From Squalus acanthias (lineage: Eukaryota), in assembly GCA_030390025.1 (NCBI GenBank), contig CM059432.1, forward strand, positions 31,188,001 to 31,252,000: a DNA stretch of 64,000 nucleotides, in the 5' to 3' direction. The position numbers and the translations under genes were made by a program. Under the pieces are notes generated by a model that was not told the DNA's origin, searched no databases, and was given only the letters and a program-made list of their open reading frames with translations. Within the stretch, counting starts at the first letter, position 1. The number at the start of each line of letters is the position of its first letter. Positions 39,311-51,512 of this stretch are shown piece by piece.

Positions 39311-39877
39311 TTAAATTTAAACAAGGCCAATTACATAGGTATGAGGGGAAAGATGGCTAAGGTAGATTGGGAAATTAGATTAAAAGATAAGCAGTGGCAA
39401 TCATTTAAAGAAATATTCCAAAATTCTCAACTAATATACATTCCATTGAGAAATAAAAACTCCACGGGAAAAGTGATCTATCCGTGGCTAACGAAACAAG
39501 TTAAGGATAGTATTAGATTAAAAGAAGAGGCTTATAATGTTGCAAAGAAAGCCTGAGGATTGGGAGAGTTTCAGAAACCAGCAAAGGATGGCCAAAAAAT
39601 TTTAAAAAGGGAGAAAATAGAATATGACAGTAAACTAGCAAGAAATATAAAAACAGATTGTAAGAGCTTCTACAAGAATGTAAAAAGGAACAGAATAGCA
39701 AAAGTAAGCATTGGTCCCTTAGAGGCTGAAACAGGAGAAATTATAATGGGGAATAAGGAAATGGCAGACTTTAAAGAAATATTTTGTACCTGTTTTCACA
39801 GTAGAAGATACAAAAAGCATACCAAAAATAATGGGGAACCAAGTGGCTTATGAGAGTGAGGAACGTAAAGTAATTAA

Positions 39878-41553
39878 TCATAGAATCGTAGAAATTTACG
39901 GCACAGAAGGAGGCCCTTCAGCTCATTGTGTCTGTGCCAGCCGAAAAAGAACGACCAGCCTTAGCCCACTTTCCAGCTCTTGGTCTGTAGCCTTGTAGGT
40001 TCTGGCACTTCAAGAGCATGTCCAAGTACCTTTTAAATGCAATGAGGGCTTCTGCCTCTACCACCCTTTCAGGAAGTGAGTTCCAGACCCCCACCACCCT
40101 CTGTGTGAAAAAGATTCTCCTCAACTTGCCTCTAATCCTTCTACCAATTACTTTAAATCTATGCCCCCTGGTTATTGACCTCTCTGCTAAGGGAAATAGG
40201 TCGTTCCTATCCACTCTATCTAGGCCCCTCATAATTTTATACACCTCAATTAAATCTCCCCTCAGCCTCCTCTGTTCCAACGAAAATAAACCCAGCCTAT
40301 CCAATCTTTCCTCATACCTAAAATTCTCTAGTCCTGGCAACATCCCCTCTGTACCCTCTCTAGTGCAATCACATCCTTCCTTTAATGTGGTGACCAGAAC
40401 TGTACGCAGTACTCTAGCTGTGATCTCACTAGTGTTTTATACAGTTCAAGCATAACTTCCCTGCTGTTATATTCTATGCCTCAGCTAATAAAGGAAAGTC
40501 TCCCGTATGCCTTCTTAACCACCTTAACCGTCTTTCGGATGAGACGTTAAACCAAGGCCCCATCTGCTCTCTCAGGTGGACGTAAAAGATCCCATGGCAC
40601 TATTTCAAAGAAGAGCAGGGGAGTTATCCCTGGTGTCCTGGCCAATATTTATCCCTCAATCAACATCACTAAAACAGATTATCTGTTCATTATCACATTG
40701 CTGTTTGTGGGAGCTTGCTGTGCGCAAATTGGCTGCCGCGTTTCCGACATTAAAACAGTGACTACACTTCAAAAAGTACTTCATTGGCTGTAAAGCACTT
40801 TGGGATGACCGGTGGTCGTGAAAGGCGCTATATAAATGCAAGTCTTTCTTTTCTTTTTTCTTTTAACTACCTGTCCTGCTACCTTCAGGGATCTGTGGAC
40901 ATGCACTCCAAGGTCTCTCTGTTCCTCTACATTTCTCAGTATCCTACCATTTATTGTGTGTTCCTTTTCCTTGTTAGCCCTCCCCAAATGCATTACCTCA
41001 GACTTCTCTGGATTGAATTCCATTTGCCACTTTTCTGCCCACTTGACAAGTCCATTGATATCTTCCTGACTATCAACCACACACAGCCAATTTTTGTATC
41101 ATCTGCAAACTTCTTAATCATGCCCCAGACATCGATGTCTGAATCATTGATATATACCACAAAAAGCAAGGGAAGTTACTGAGACCTGTGAAACCCCACT
41201 GGAAGCAGCCTTCCAGTCATAAAAGCACCCGTCAACCATTAGCCTTTGCTTCGTGTCACTGAGCCAATTTTGGATCCAACTTGCCACTTTCCCTAGGATC
41301 CCATGGGCTTTAACTTTTCTGACCAGTCTGCTATGTGGGACCTTGTCAAAAGCCTTGCTAAAATCCATGTAGACTACATCAAATGCAGTACCCACATCGA
41401 CCCTCCTTGTTAACACCTGAAAGAATTCAATCAAGTTAGTTAGACATGACCTCCCCTTAAAAGATCGATGCTGACTGTCCCTGATTAATCTGTGCTTTTC
41501 TAAATGACGATTAATACTGTCCGTCAGAATTTTTTCCAATAATTTGCCCACCA
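39878..41553 (-). mobile_element. CR1 RT/3' fragment (CR1-b-like), interrupted by a SINE
   Basis: ORFs 39918-40343, 40781-41080 and 41144-41554. Confidence 0.88.
40528..40862 (+). mobile_element. SacSINE1-like DeuSINE, 5'-truncated
   Basis: Deu domain and tail nearly identical to 13320-13642. Confidence 0.85.
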
Positions 41554-41645
41554 CACTGGAGGTGTAATCCCACCACCAAACACATCTTCCCCTCCCTCAG
41601 CATTCCGAAGGGATCGCTCCCTCCACGACACCCTGGTCCACTCCT

Positions 41646-43214
41646 GTCTTCTTCTTAGGCAGTTCCTCGGAACCGAGGATGACTTGCTTCCACACTAAAA
41701 ATGAGTTCTCAGGTGACTGATGAGTCCAATGCGGGACCTACAGTCTCTGTCACAGGTGGGGCAGACGGTGGTTGAAGGGGCGGGTGGGTGGGGTGCTTGG
41801 GTTAACGTGCGCTCCTTCCGCTGTTTGCGCTTGGCTTCCACTTGCTCCCGGCGAAGAGACTCGAGTTGTTCGGCGCCTTCCTGGATGCTTCTTCTCCACT
41901 TTGTGTGGTCTTGGGCCAGGGATTCACAGGTGTCAGTGGGGATGTTGCATTTTTTCAAGGAGGCTTTGACAGTGTCCTTGAAGCGTTTCCTCTGCCCACC
42001 TGGGGCTCTCTTGCCGTGTCGGAGCTCCGAGTAGAGTGCTTGTTTGGGGAGTCTTGTATCGAGCATGCGAACGATGTGGCCCGTCCATCGGAGCTGATCG
42101 AGCTTCGATGCTGGGGATGTTGGCCTGAGCGAGAACACTGACGTTGGTGCACCTATCCTGCCAATGGATTTGCAGGTTCTTGTGGAGGCAGCGTTGGTGG
42201 TACCTCTCCAGTGCTTTGAGATGTCTGCTGTGCATGGTCCATGTCTCTGAAGCATACAGGAGGGCGGGTATCACTACTGCTCTGTAGACCATGAGCTTGG
42301 TGCTGGGTTTGAGGTCCTGGTCTTCAAACACTCTCTTCCTCATGCGACCGAAGGCTGCACTGGCACACTGAATGCGGTGTTGGACTTCGTCATCGACATC
42401 TGCCCTTGTTGACAGTAGGCTCCCGAGGTATGGAAAGTGGTCCACGTTGTCCAAGGCCTCGTCATGGATTTTGATAATCGGGGAGCAGTACTGTGTGGCG
42501 GGGGCAGGTTGGTAGAGGACCTTTGTCTTACGGATGTTTAGTGTAAGGCCCATGCTCTCATACACTTCAGTGAAGGTGTTGACGATGGTTTGGAGTTCAG
42601 CCTCAGAGTGTGTGCAGACGCAAGCGTCGTCTGCATACTGTAATTCAATAACAGAGGATGGGACGACCTTGGATCTGAACTGGAGGCGATGGAGGTTGAA
42701 CAGTTTCCCATTTGTTCTGTAGTTTAGCTCAATTCCAGCAGGGAGCTTACTGAGGGTAAGATGGAGCATTGCAGCCAGGAAGATCGAGAAGAGCGTTGGT
42801 GTGATGACACAGCCTTGCTTGACCCTGGCCCGTACGTGAATTGGGTCTGTGGTGGATCCGTTGGTCAGGATCACGGCTTGCATGTCGTCGTGAAGCAGGC
42901 GGAGGATGGTGACAAACTTTTGAGGGCAGCTGAATTTGAGGAGGACACTCCATAATCCCTCACGGTTGACGGTGTCGAAGGCCTTTGTGAGGTCAAAGAA
43001 GGCCATGTACAGCGGTTGGTGCTGTTCCCTGCATTTCTCTTGTAGTTGACGCGCGGTGAAGATCATGTCCATTGTGCCCCTTAGTGGGCGGAATCCGCAT
43101 TGCGATTCTGAGAGGAGCTCTTCAGCCACTGGGAGAAGGCGATTGAGGAGGATTCTTGCGATGACTTTCCCTGTGGCAGACAGCAGGGAGACTCCTCTGT
43201 AATTACTGCAATCA
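41646..43214 (-). mobile_element. RTE-clade LINE, 5'-truncated, RT largely open
   Basis: NYRGVSLLS, DLTKAFDTV, VKQGC, LQYADD, FPYLGS and C-terminal CPTCDRDCRSRIGLISHLRTH; (GAA)n tail; CCT duplicated at the junctions. Confidence 0.92.
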
Positions 43215-43828
43215 CCTCTATCACCCCCAACACCCTTTCCCCTTCCCACGGCACCTTCCCGTGCAAGCGCAGGAGATGCAACACCTGCCTTTTTACCTCC
43301 TCCCTTCCCACTGTCCAGGCCCCCAAACACTCCTTCCAGGTGAAACAGTGATTTGCTTATACTTCTTGCTATTTAGTATACTGTATTCGCTGCTCACGAT
43401 GCGGTCTACTCTACATTGGGGAGGCCAAGCGCAGATTGGGTGACTGCTTTGCGGAACAGCTTCATTCAGTCCGTAAGCGTGACCCCGAGCTTCCGGTCGC
43501 CTGTCACTTTAATTCACCACTCCACTCCAACTCTGATCTCTCCATCCTTGGCCTCTTACACTGTTCCAACGAAGCTCAACATAAGTGAGGAACAGCACCT
43601 CATCTTTCGATCAAGCACGCGACAGCCTTCTGGACTCAACATCGAGTTCAACAATTTCAGACCATAACCTCAGCTCCTATGTTTTCTTTTTTCTCGCACA
43701 TGGCAGCTGTTAATGATTCTGCCATTGCCATTTATACCTCGTCTAGACTCACCTTTAGCTTCTTAACTTGTCCTATTACCATCTCCTTTTGCCTTGCACC
43801 ATCATCCCTTTTGTCCGTTAACCTCTCT

Positions 43829-44083
43829 TGTGGGGTTACGGGGATAGGATGGGATATGTTAGGGGGAATTAAATACGTGGGGTTACGGGGATAGGGTGGG
43901 ATATGTGTCAGTGCAGGCTCGATGGGCTGAGATGGCCTCTATCTGTACTGTGGGGATTCTGTGTGAGGAAAGCAGGGACAGGGTACTGGATTTGGATGAT
44001 CAGCCATGATCGTATTGAATGGTGGAGCGGGCTCGACGGGCCGAATGGCCTACTCCTGCTCCTAGTTTCTATGTTTCTATGTT
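43829..44083 (+). mobile_element. HE1-like SINE 3' fragment
   Basis: Matches 47185-47368. Confidence 0.75.
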
Positions 44084-44186
44084 TGCCTTTCACCCTATCA
44101 CAGACCTTCCCTTTGTTCTTTCCTCCCCTCCTCCCTTTCCCTGCCCCATACTTGCTTAAAAATCTGTTACTTCTCTAACTGTTTCC

Positions 44187-44223
44187 AGTTCTGACGAAGG
44201 GTCATCAACCTGAAACGTTAACT
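44187..44223 (+). ncRNA. Putative minimal type I hammerhead ribozyme in the Penelope terminal repeat
   Basis: AGTT-CTGACGA-agggtcatcaacct-GAAAC-GTT-AACT: catalytic core, stem II, palindromic AACGTT stem III, stem I AGTT/AACT. Confidence 0.65.
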
Positions 44224-44327
44224 CTGTTTCTCTCTCCATGATGCTGCCTGACCTGCTGCGTGTTTCCAGCATTTTCTGTTGTTGTTTCAGATTTCCAGCA
44301 TCTACAGAATTTTGCTATAAGAATATA

Positions 44328-46353
44328 CATGCGTTTGATAAAGTGCCACATAAGAAGCTTGCAAGCAAAGTTGAAGCCCATGGAATAAAAGGGACAGTGG
44401 CAGCATGTATACAAAATTGGCTAAGTGACAGGAAACAGAGTAGTGGTGAACGGTTGTTTTTCGGACTGGAGGAAGATATACAGTGGTGTTCCCCAGGGGT
44501 CGGTTCTAGGACCACTGCTTTTCTTGATATATATTAATGACTTGGACGTGGGTCTACAGGGCACAATTTCAAAATTTGCAGATGACACAAAACTTGGAAG
44601 TATAGTGAACAGTGAGGAGGATCGTGATAGACTTCAAGAAGACATAAACAGGCTGGTGGAATGGGCGGACACATGGCAGATACAATTTAACGCAGAAAAG
44701 TGCAAAGTGATACATTTTGGTAGGAAGAACGAGGAGAGGCAATATAAACTAAAGGGTACAATCCTAAAGGGGGCGCATCAACAGAGAGACCTGGGGGTAT
44801 ATGCGCACAAATCGTTGACGGTGACAGGGCAGGTTAAGAAAGCGGTTAAAAAAGCTTACGGGATACTGGGCTTCATAAATAGAGGCATAGGGCTGGATTT
44901 TCATTGACCCGTGGAGGCGGGTTTGGAGGCATGTGGGGGGTTAAAGTTGCAGATTCGGGGGTCCCAACCCCATCCCGCCCCCAACCCGCCTCCATGCCAG
45001 TTTCGCTGGAGGCGGGTACCTGACCTGTGCTGGGATCCGCCTCCCCGAGGTGGGAAGGGGATTAGTGACAATTAACTGCCTGTTAGCAGGTAGTTAACAG
45101 GCAGTTTTTTGCCTAATCCCTATTTTAAAAGCTGAAATGTGGGCTTCCCGACAAGTCCCAACCACACCAAGTTAGCGAGGCGGACCGTGGGTCTGCAGGG
45201 GTTGGAGGGGTCGATATGTCCGGTGGGCAGGTGAGTGATGGGTGCATGTGTGCAGAGGTAAGTGTGTAAGGTAAGTGCAAAGTGTGGGAAAAAGTTTTAC
45301 TTACCTTAACTTCCTCCTGCAGGTGTCAGCCCTTCAGTTCTCGGGGGTTCAGAAATCTCACCGGCACAGAAAGCAGAAAGGCCATGGTGCTGTCAAAAGT
45401 TTCAGCCTCTGTTTTCTGTGCTGGAATGATTTCTAACTCAGCCTGAGAGGAAGGACTCAAGTTAGAAGACAAATTGTCAGTGTTTGACAGCTTCACAGAG
45501 CTGTCAAACGCTAATATTTCATCTGTCAAAAGCTCTTGACAGATGAAATGTCAATCTGTGACGTCACCTGTTGCCGGGTGGCCCTTAATTGGCCTACTGA
45601 GCTCGCTGGGCGGGCTCAACAAGGTCAATCAAGTGAAAATGCAGTGGGTTGGCCACAAGTCGATGGAGGCGGGACTACAACCCAAAAAGTGGGAGTCCCG
45701 CCTCCATCACGTCCCCAGTATCAAAATCCAGCCCATAGAGTACAAAAGCAAGGAAGTTATGATGAACCTTTATAAAACACTGGTTCGGCCTCAACTGGAG
45801 TATGGTATTCAATTCTGGGCACCGCACTTTAGGAAGGATGTGAAGGCCTTAGAGAAGGTGCAGAAAAGATTTACGAGAATGATTCCCGGGATGAGGGACT
45901 TCAGTTACATGGATAGGCTGGAGAAGCTGGGGTTGTTCTCCTTAGAGCAGAGAAGGTTGAGAGGAGATTTGATAGAGGTATTCAATATCACGAGGGGTCT
46001 AAACAGAGTAGAAAGAGAGAAACTGTTCCCATTGGCGGAAGGGTCGAGAACCAGAGGACATAGATTCAAGGTGATTGGCAGAAGAATCAAAGGCGACATG
46101 AGGAAAAACTTTTTTACGCAGCGAGTGGTTAGGATCTGGAATGCACTGCCTGAAAGGGTGGTGGAGGCAGACTCAATCGTGGCTATCAAAAGGGAATTGG
46201 ATACGTACCTGAAGGAAAAACAATTGCAGGTCTACGGGGAAAGGGTGGGGTAGTGGGACTAGCTGAAGTGCTCTTGCAGAGAGCTGGCACGAGCTCGACA
46301 GGCCGAATGGCCTCCTCTGTGCTGTAACCATTCTATGATTCTATGATTCTATG
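44328..46353 (+). mobile_element. CR1 RT/3' fragment interrupted by a MITE
   Basis: AFDKVPH, GVPQGSVLGP, KFADDTKL; GFINRGI resumes as EYKSKE after the MITE. Confidence 0.9.
44890..45734. mobile_element. Harbinger-type MITE (845 bp)
   Basis: Perfect TIR GGGCTGGATTTT / AAAATCCAGCCC; TSD ATA/ATA. Confidence 0.88.
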
Positions 46354-46870
46354 CCTTAGAGACGATGTAACGAAGGTTAACTAGACTGATTCCTGGGCTG
46401 AGAGGGTTGTCCTATGAGGAGAGATTGAGTAGATTGGGCCTATACACACTGGAGTTTAGAAGAATGAGAGGTGATCTCATTGAAACATATAAGATTCTGA
46501 AGGGGATTGACAGGATCGATGCTGAGAGGTTGCTTCCCCTGGCTAGAGAGTCTAGAACTAAGGGACATAGTCTCAGGATAAGGGGTCGGCCATTTAAGAC
46601 TGAGAAGAGGAGCTATTTCTTCCCTCAGAGGGCTGTGAATCTTTGGAATTCTCTACCCCAAAGGGCTGTGGATGTTGAATTGTTGAGTATATTCAAGGCT
46701 GAGATAGATAGATTTTTGGACTCTAGGGGATTCAATTGATATGGGGATCGGGCGGGAAAGTGGAGTTGAGGTCGAAGATCAGCCATGACCTTATTGAATG
46801 GCGGAGCAGGTACAAGGGGCCTTATGGCCTACTCCTACTCCTGCTCCTGCTCCTACTCCTGCTTCTTATG
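46354..46870 (+). mobile_element. CR1 3' fragment
   Basis: ORF 46407-46739; expanded (CTCCTG/A)n in the 3' UTR. Confidence 0.85.
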
Positions 46871-47790
46871 TCCTCCAGTGTCCCTCTGTTGTCAGACTGC
46901 AGTCCTAGTAGACTACAATTTCCTCCAATTAAAAATTGGGAAGACTGAAGCTATCATCTGAAGCAACACGGTGGCATAGTGGTTAGCACTGGTGCCTCAC
47001 AGCGCCAGAGACCCGGGTTCGAATCTGACCTCGGGTGACTGTCTGTGTGGAGTTTGCACATTCTCCCCGTGTCTGCGTGGGTTTCCTCCGGGTGCTCCGG
47101 TTTCCTCCCACAGTCCAAAAATGTGTGGGTTAGGTTGATTTGGCTATGATAAATTGACCCTTAGTGTTAGGGGGGATTAAATATGTGGGGTTATGGGGAT
47201 AGGATGGGATATGTTAGGGGGAATTAAATACGTGGGGTTACGGGGGTAGGGTGGGATATGTGTACTGTGGGGATTAAAGCAGGGACAGGGTACTGGATTT
47301 GGATGATCAGCCATGACGGGCCGAATGGCCTACTCCTGCTCCTAGATTCTATGTTTCTATGTTTCTATCTTTTCCCCTGCCACAAACTCCATTCCCTTCC
47401 CCACTCTTGTTTGCAACCTCGGCATCCTATTTGCCCCCATGTTGAGCTTCTGATCACACATGCTTCCACCTAAGTAACAGCACCCATCTTCTCTCCGCCT
47501 CATCCCATCTGCCGCTGAAACCCCCATTTATGTTTTTGTCACCTTCAGAGTCGACTATTCCAATGCTCTCCTGGCCTCCCATCCTCCATAAACTTAAGCT
47601 CATCCCAAACTTTGCTGCCTGTATCCTATCCCGCACTAAGTCCTGCTTACCCATCACCTCTGGGTTTGCTGACCTTCATTGGCTCCTGATGCCTCACTTC
47701 TCAAATTAAAAAATTCTTCTCATTCTCTTCCTTTAAGACGCTCCTTAAAACCCACCTCCTTGACCTAGCTTATCGTCACCGCTCATAAAC
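46871..47790 (+). mobile_element. Degenerate L2-like LINE fragment interrupted by an HE1 SINE
   Basis: FLQLKIGKTEAI and RVDYSNALL-like remnants; ctccttaaaacccacctc 3' motif. Confidence 0.55.
46962..47368 (+). mobile_element. HE1 (V-SINE) tRNA-derived SINE, full length
   Basis: A box TGGCATAGTGG (46972); B box GGTTCGAATC (~47016); V domain gtggagtttgcacattctccccgtgtctgcgtgggtttcctccggg; CR1-derived tail. Confidence 0.88.
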
Positions 47791-48504
47791 TTTTACTTGT
47801 CCCAAAGCGCTTTACAGCCAATTAAGTACTTTTTGAAGCGTAGTCACTGTTGTAATGTAGGAAACAAGTTGTAAGTTGTTGTTGCTGTTATTGATCACTA
47901 TCTGATGACTCCAGCACATGTATAAATATCAGGTACGAACAGGATTGGGCTCAGCTATAATGCTCCCCCCCCCAATCATAGAAGAGCCTGTCACCATATG
48001 CTGTAAAGGCTCATACTGGAATAGTGGATACTTGGCAAGGGCTGCCAGTGCCATTGTATAGCAAGTCGTGGGAAATGCGCTCCCGCATACGTTCCTGGCT
48101 CAGCAGCGGAGCACGATATTCGTATAATGACCCATTATGTTGTCAATGAAAACCAGCCCCCTTTAAAAGTGAAGTGCGAAGGGGGAGTGTAACTGGATAG
48201 GAGTACCACAGAATTTAGATTTCCATGTGAAATAGCAGTAATCGTCGCAGAGCAATCATTTTCCAATTACATCAGCACATTGCCTGACTCGCAGGGGAAT
48301 GATCTGGCTGATTAATGTATGATAATGCCATATAAAATAACTATAAAAAAAGAAATCACAGGTCTCAGTAAATTAAAAACAACATGGGAATGTGGAAATA
48401 TAGAAAACCAGAAAAGACTATTTCGGTCCATCTGACTGACCCCAGAGTTCAAGAAAGCATGAAATGTGAATCAACCATTTACCCCCTCCTTCCACAGACC
48501 ATTT

Positions 48505-49320
48505 ACATAAGAACATAAGAAAGAGGAGCTGGAGTAGGCCATTTGGCCCTTCGAGCCTGCTCTGCCATTCAATAAGATCATGGCTGATCTTCTACCTCAT
48601 CTCCACTTCCTGCACTATCCCCACATCCCTTGACTCCCTTAATATTCAAAAATCTATCGATCTCTGTTTTGAATATACTCAATGACTGAGCCTCCACAGC
48701 CCTCTAGGGTAGAGATTTCCAAAGATTCACCACCCTCTGAGTGAAGAAATTTCTCCTCATCTCAGTCCTAAATGGCCAATCCCTTATTCTGAGACTGTGA
48801 CCTCTGGTTCTAGACTCCCCAGCCAGGGGAAACATCCTCCCTGCTTCTACCCTGTCAAGCCCTGTAAGAATTTTGTATGTTTCAATGAGATCACCTCTCA
48901 TTCTTCTAAACATATAGAGAATATAGGCCTAGTCTACTCAATCTCTCTTCATAGGACAATCCCCTCATCCCAGGAACCAGTCTGGTGAACCTTCGTTGCA
49001 CTCCCTCTACGGCAAGTATATCCTTCCTTAGGTAAGGAGACCAAAACTGTACACAATACTCCAGGGCTGGTCTCAACAGGGCCCTATATAATTGCAGTAA
49101 GACGTCTTTACATTTATACTCAAATCTTCTTGTAATAGAGGCCAACATATCATTTGCTTTCCTAATTTCTTGCTGTACCTGCATGTTAACGTTCAGTGAT
49201 TCATGTACAAGGACACCCAGGCCCCTCTGAACACCAACATTTCCCAATCTCTCACCATTTAAAAAATACTCTGCTTTTCTATTTTTCCTACCAAAGTGGA
49301 TAACTTCACATTTCTCCACA
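48505..49320 (-). mobile_element. CR1 3' fragment
   Basis: ORFs 48704-48913 and 48906-49319. Confidence 0.88.
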
Positions 49321-49380
49321 ATCTACCCTATCATGGATTCTACGCCACACATTTAATTTCCTTCCATTGATCATGTACAG

Positions 49381-49663
49381 TCTACCCTATCATAGATTCT
49401 ACCCTGCCCATTCAATCTCCTTCCACACCTATCCTATCATAGATTCTACCCTGCCCATTCAATCTCCTTCCACACCTACTCTATCATAGATTCTACCCTG
49501 CCCATTCAATCTCCTTCCACACCTACCCTATCGTAGATTCTATCCTGCCCATTCAATCTCCTTCCACACCTATCCTATCATAGATTCTACCCTGCCCATT
49601 CAATCTCCTTCCACACCTACCCGATCACAGATTCTACCCTGCCCATTCGATCTCCTTCCACAC
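49381..49663. repeat. 47-bp minisatellite, 6 copies
   Basis: Unit ctaccctatcatagattctaccctgcccattcaatctccttccacac; the catagattc motif (or a one-base variant) recurs at 49391, 49438, 49485, 49532, 49579 and 49626. Confidence 0.95.
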
Positions 49664-50294
49664 TGAAGCATATGGGATCTTGGGCTTCATAAATAGAGGT
49701 ATTGAGTACAAAAGTAGAGAAGTTACACTGAACATTTATAAAGCGCTGGTTAGGCCACAACTGGAGTATTGCGTCCAGTTCTGCTCGCCACACTTTAGGA
49801 AGGATGTGAAGGCCCTTGAGAGGGTGCAGAGGAGATTTACCAGAATGGTTCCGGGGATGGGGGATCTTAGCTACAAGGACAGGTTGGAGAAGCTGGATTT
49901 GTTTTCATTAGAGCAAAAGAGGTTGAGGGGTGATTTGATAGAGGTGTACAAGATTATGACGGGTTTGGATAGGCTAGACGGGGAAAGGCTGTTCCCACTA
50001 GTTGATGGTACAAGGACTAGGGGACACAGATTTAAGGTTTTGGGCAAAGGATACAGGGGGGATGTGAGGGAAACTTTTTTACACAGCGAGTGGTGAAGAC
50101 CTGAATTCGTTGCAGACGGAAGTGGTGGAAGCAGAGACACTCAATGTTTTCAAGGGGAGACTGGATAGGCACTTGAGGGAAATAAACTTGCAGGGCTACG
50201 GGGATAGAGCAGGGGAATGGGACTGACTGGATTGCTCTACAGAGAGCCGGCATGGACTCAATGGGCTGAATGGCCTCCTTCTGTGCCGTATGAC
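49664..50294 (+). mobile_element. CR1 3' fragment
   Basis: ORF 49680-50096 and 3' UTR. Confidence 0.88.
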
Positions 50295-50334
50295 TCTACC
50301 CTATCATGGATTCTACCCCACCCATTTAAGCCAT

Positions 50335-50620
50335 ATTAGTCATAGCTCAGTGGTAGCACTCTTGCCTCTTTGTGTAGAGGTTGTGAGTTCTAGTCCCACT
50401 TCAGAGACTTGAGCATAAAATCTAGGTTGACACTCGAGTGCAACTACTGAGGGAGTGCTGTATTGTCGGAGGTACCATCTTTCAGATGAGAAGTTAAACC
50501 AAAGCCCTTTTTGCTCTCTCAGGTGGATGTAAAAGATCCCATGGCACTATTTGGAAAAAGAGCAGAGGAGTTATCCCTCGTGGCCTGGCCAATATTTATC
50601 CTTCAATCAACATTGCTAAA
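50335..50620 (+). mobile_element. SacSINE1-like DeuSINE 5' part
   Basis: A box tagctcagtggta; B-box-like gttctagtcc; Deu domain. Confidence 0.75.
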
Positions 50621-51194
50621 ACTCCCCCACCAGAGGAAATCAAATCCTTTAATTATCTTAAACACATGTAGAGTAATTTTAACTCTGTCTTTACTCTTTA
50701 GGGTAATCAGAGGTAAGATCAACCAAGGCTTTAAGCTTTTCCAACAATTAATTTTATTAACATTAAAACACAACAGGTTTACAGATAGAGATGCGTACAA
50801 CCTTAAGTCAGTAATACAACTCGAAACTCAGAATGGTCAAATACTTCTGCTTTGGGAGACTGAAGTGTTAATTCTCCGTTGACATCCTTCTTGGTGTTCT
50901 TCTGAACTTTCTCATAGACTGTCCCTTCCTTTCACTTTAGAATGGCTGCTCTTACAGCATGCTCGCTGGCAAAAACAAGCTGCTGGTACTTTTTTTCCTC
51001 TCTCTCTTTCCCACAGTTCAAACAAACTGATGCCACAGCATCTGATGTTTACAACAGTTTCCCACAGAATTTCAAGTCCTAGACAGGCAGCTCTCTTATC
51101 TTTAACCCACGCCTTAGCTCCACGAAAGTACATTGTCTCGGTTATCCTTCTAAACAGACTGAAGCAATAATATCTTTCAAACTTAGTCAACCTT

Positions 51195-51512
51195 CCCAGA
51201 ATGCCGTCTGATGGATGTGCTGACAACCCAAAGCCTGCCGTCTGTTTGTTTGTGTGGATTACGTGGATGTAGCAGATCCAATGGCAGTATTTGATGAAGA
51301 GCAGAAAGTTCTCCCAGTGTCCTGCCTAACATTCTTCTCTCAAACAACTCCACTAAAAATAATGAACCGGTCATCCATTTTGTTGCTGTTTCTGGAATCT
51401 TGCTGTGTGAAAAATGGCTGCTACATTTGCCTGGTTAACAACAGTCACTGCTCTTCCATCTAATTCTTATAAGTGAAGTGCTGTGGCAAGTTTCTGAGAC
51501 TGTATAAACCAA
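51195..51512 (+). mobile_element. Old DeuSINE (AmnSINE1/SacSINE1-like)
   Basis: gtggatgtagcagatccaatggcagtatttgatgaagagcag Deu core; tail split by MITE copy 4. Confidence 0.6.

Larger units (their letters stand above)
26443..39877 (+). mobile_element. CR1-a: ORF1 esterase (26443-~26950) and ORF2 APE region (37678-39877), split by Harbinger B and MITE copy 3
   Basis: VVVGDSILRG and HVGTNDIG esterase motifs; AITEAW, FRKDRQNGKG and WDFN APE motifs; rejoins across TSD AGA. 46354-46870 may be its 3' end. Confidence 0.8.
41555..44310 (+). mobile_element. Penelope-like element 3' part (GIY-YIG endonuclease plus terminal region), interrupted by RTE and an HE1 fragment
   Basis: GTFPCKRRRCNTC...LVYCIRCSRCGLLYIGE...PVACHFNS at 43250-43520; sequence continuous across the RTE insertion. 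Confidence 0.85.

Noticed and set aside
41933..43330. 465-aa ORF as an intact gene
   Set aside because: 5'-truncated RTE RT; the first ~38 residues come from antisense Penelope sequence and there is no endonuclease
46962..47035. tRNA gene
   Set aside because: A and B boxes lead into the V domain and a LINE tail, so it is a SINE head
49381..49663. Regular repeats resembling a CRISPR array
   Set aside because: Head-to-tail units with no unique spacers, vertebrate context, no cas genes
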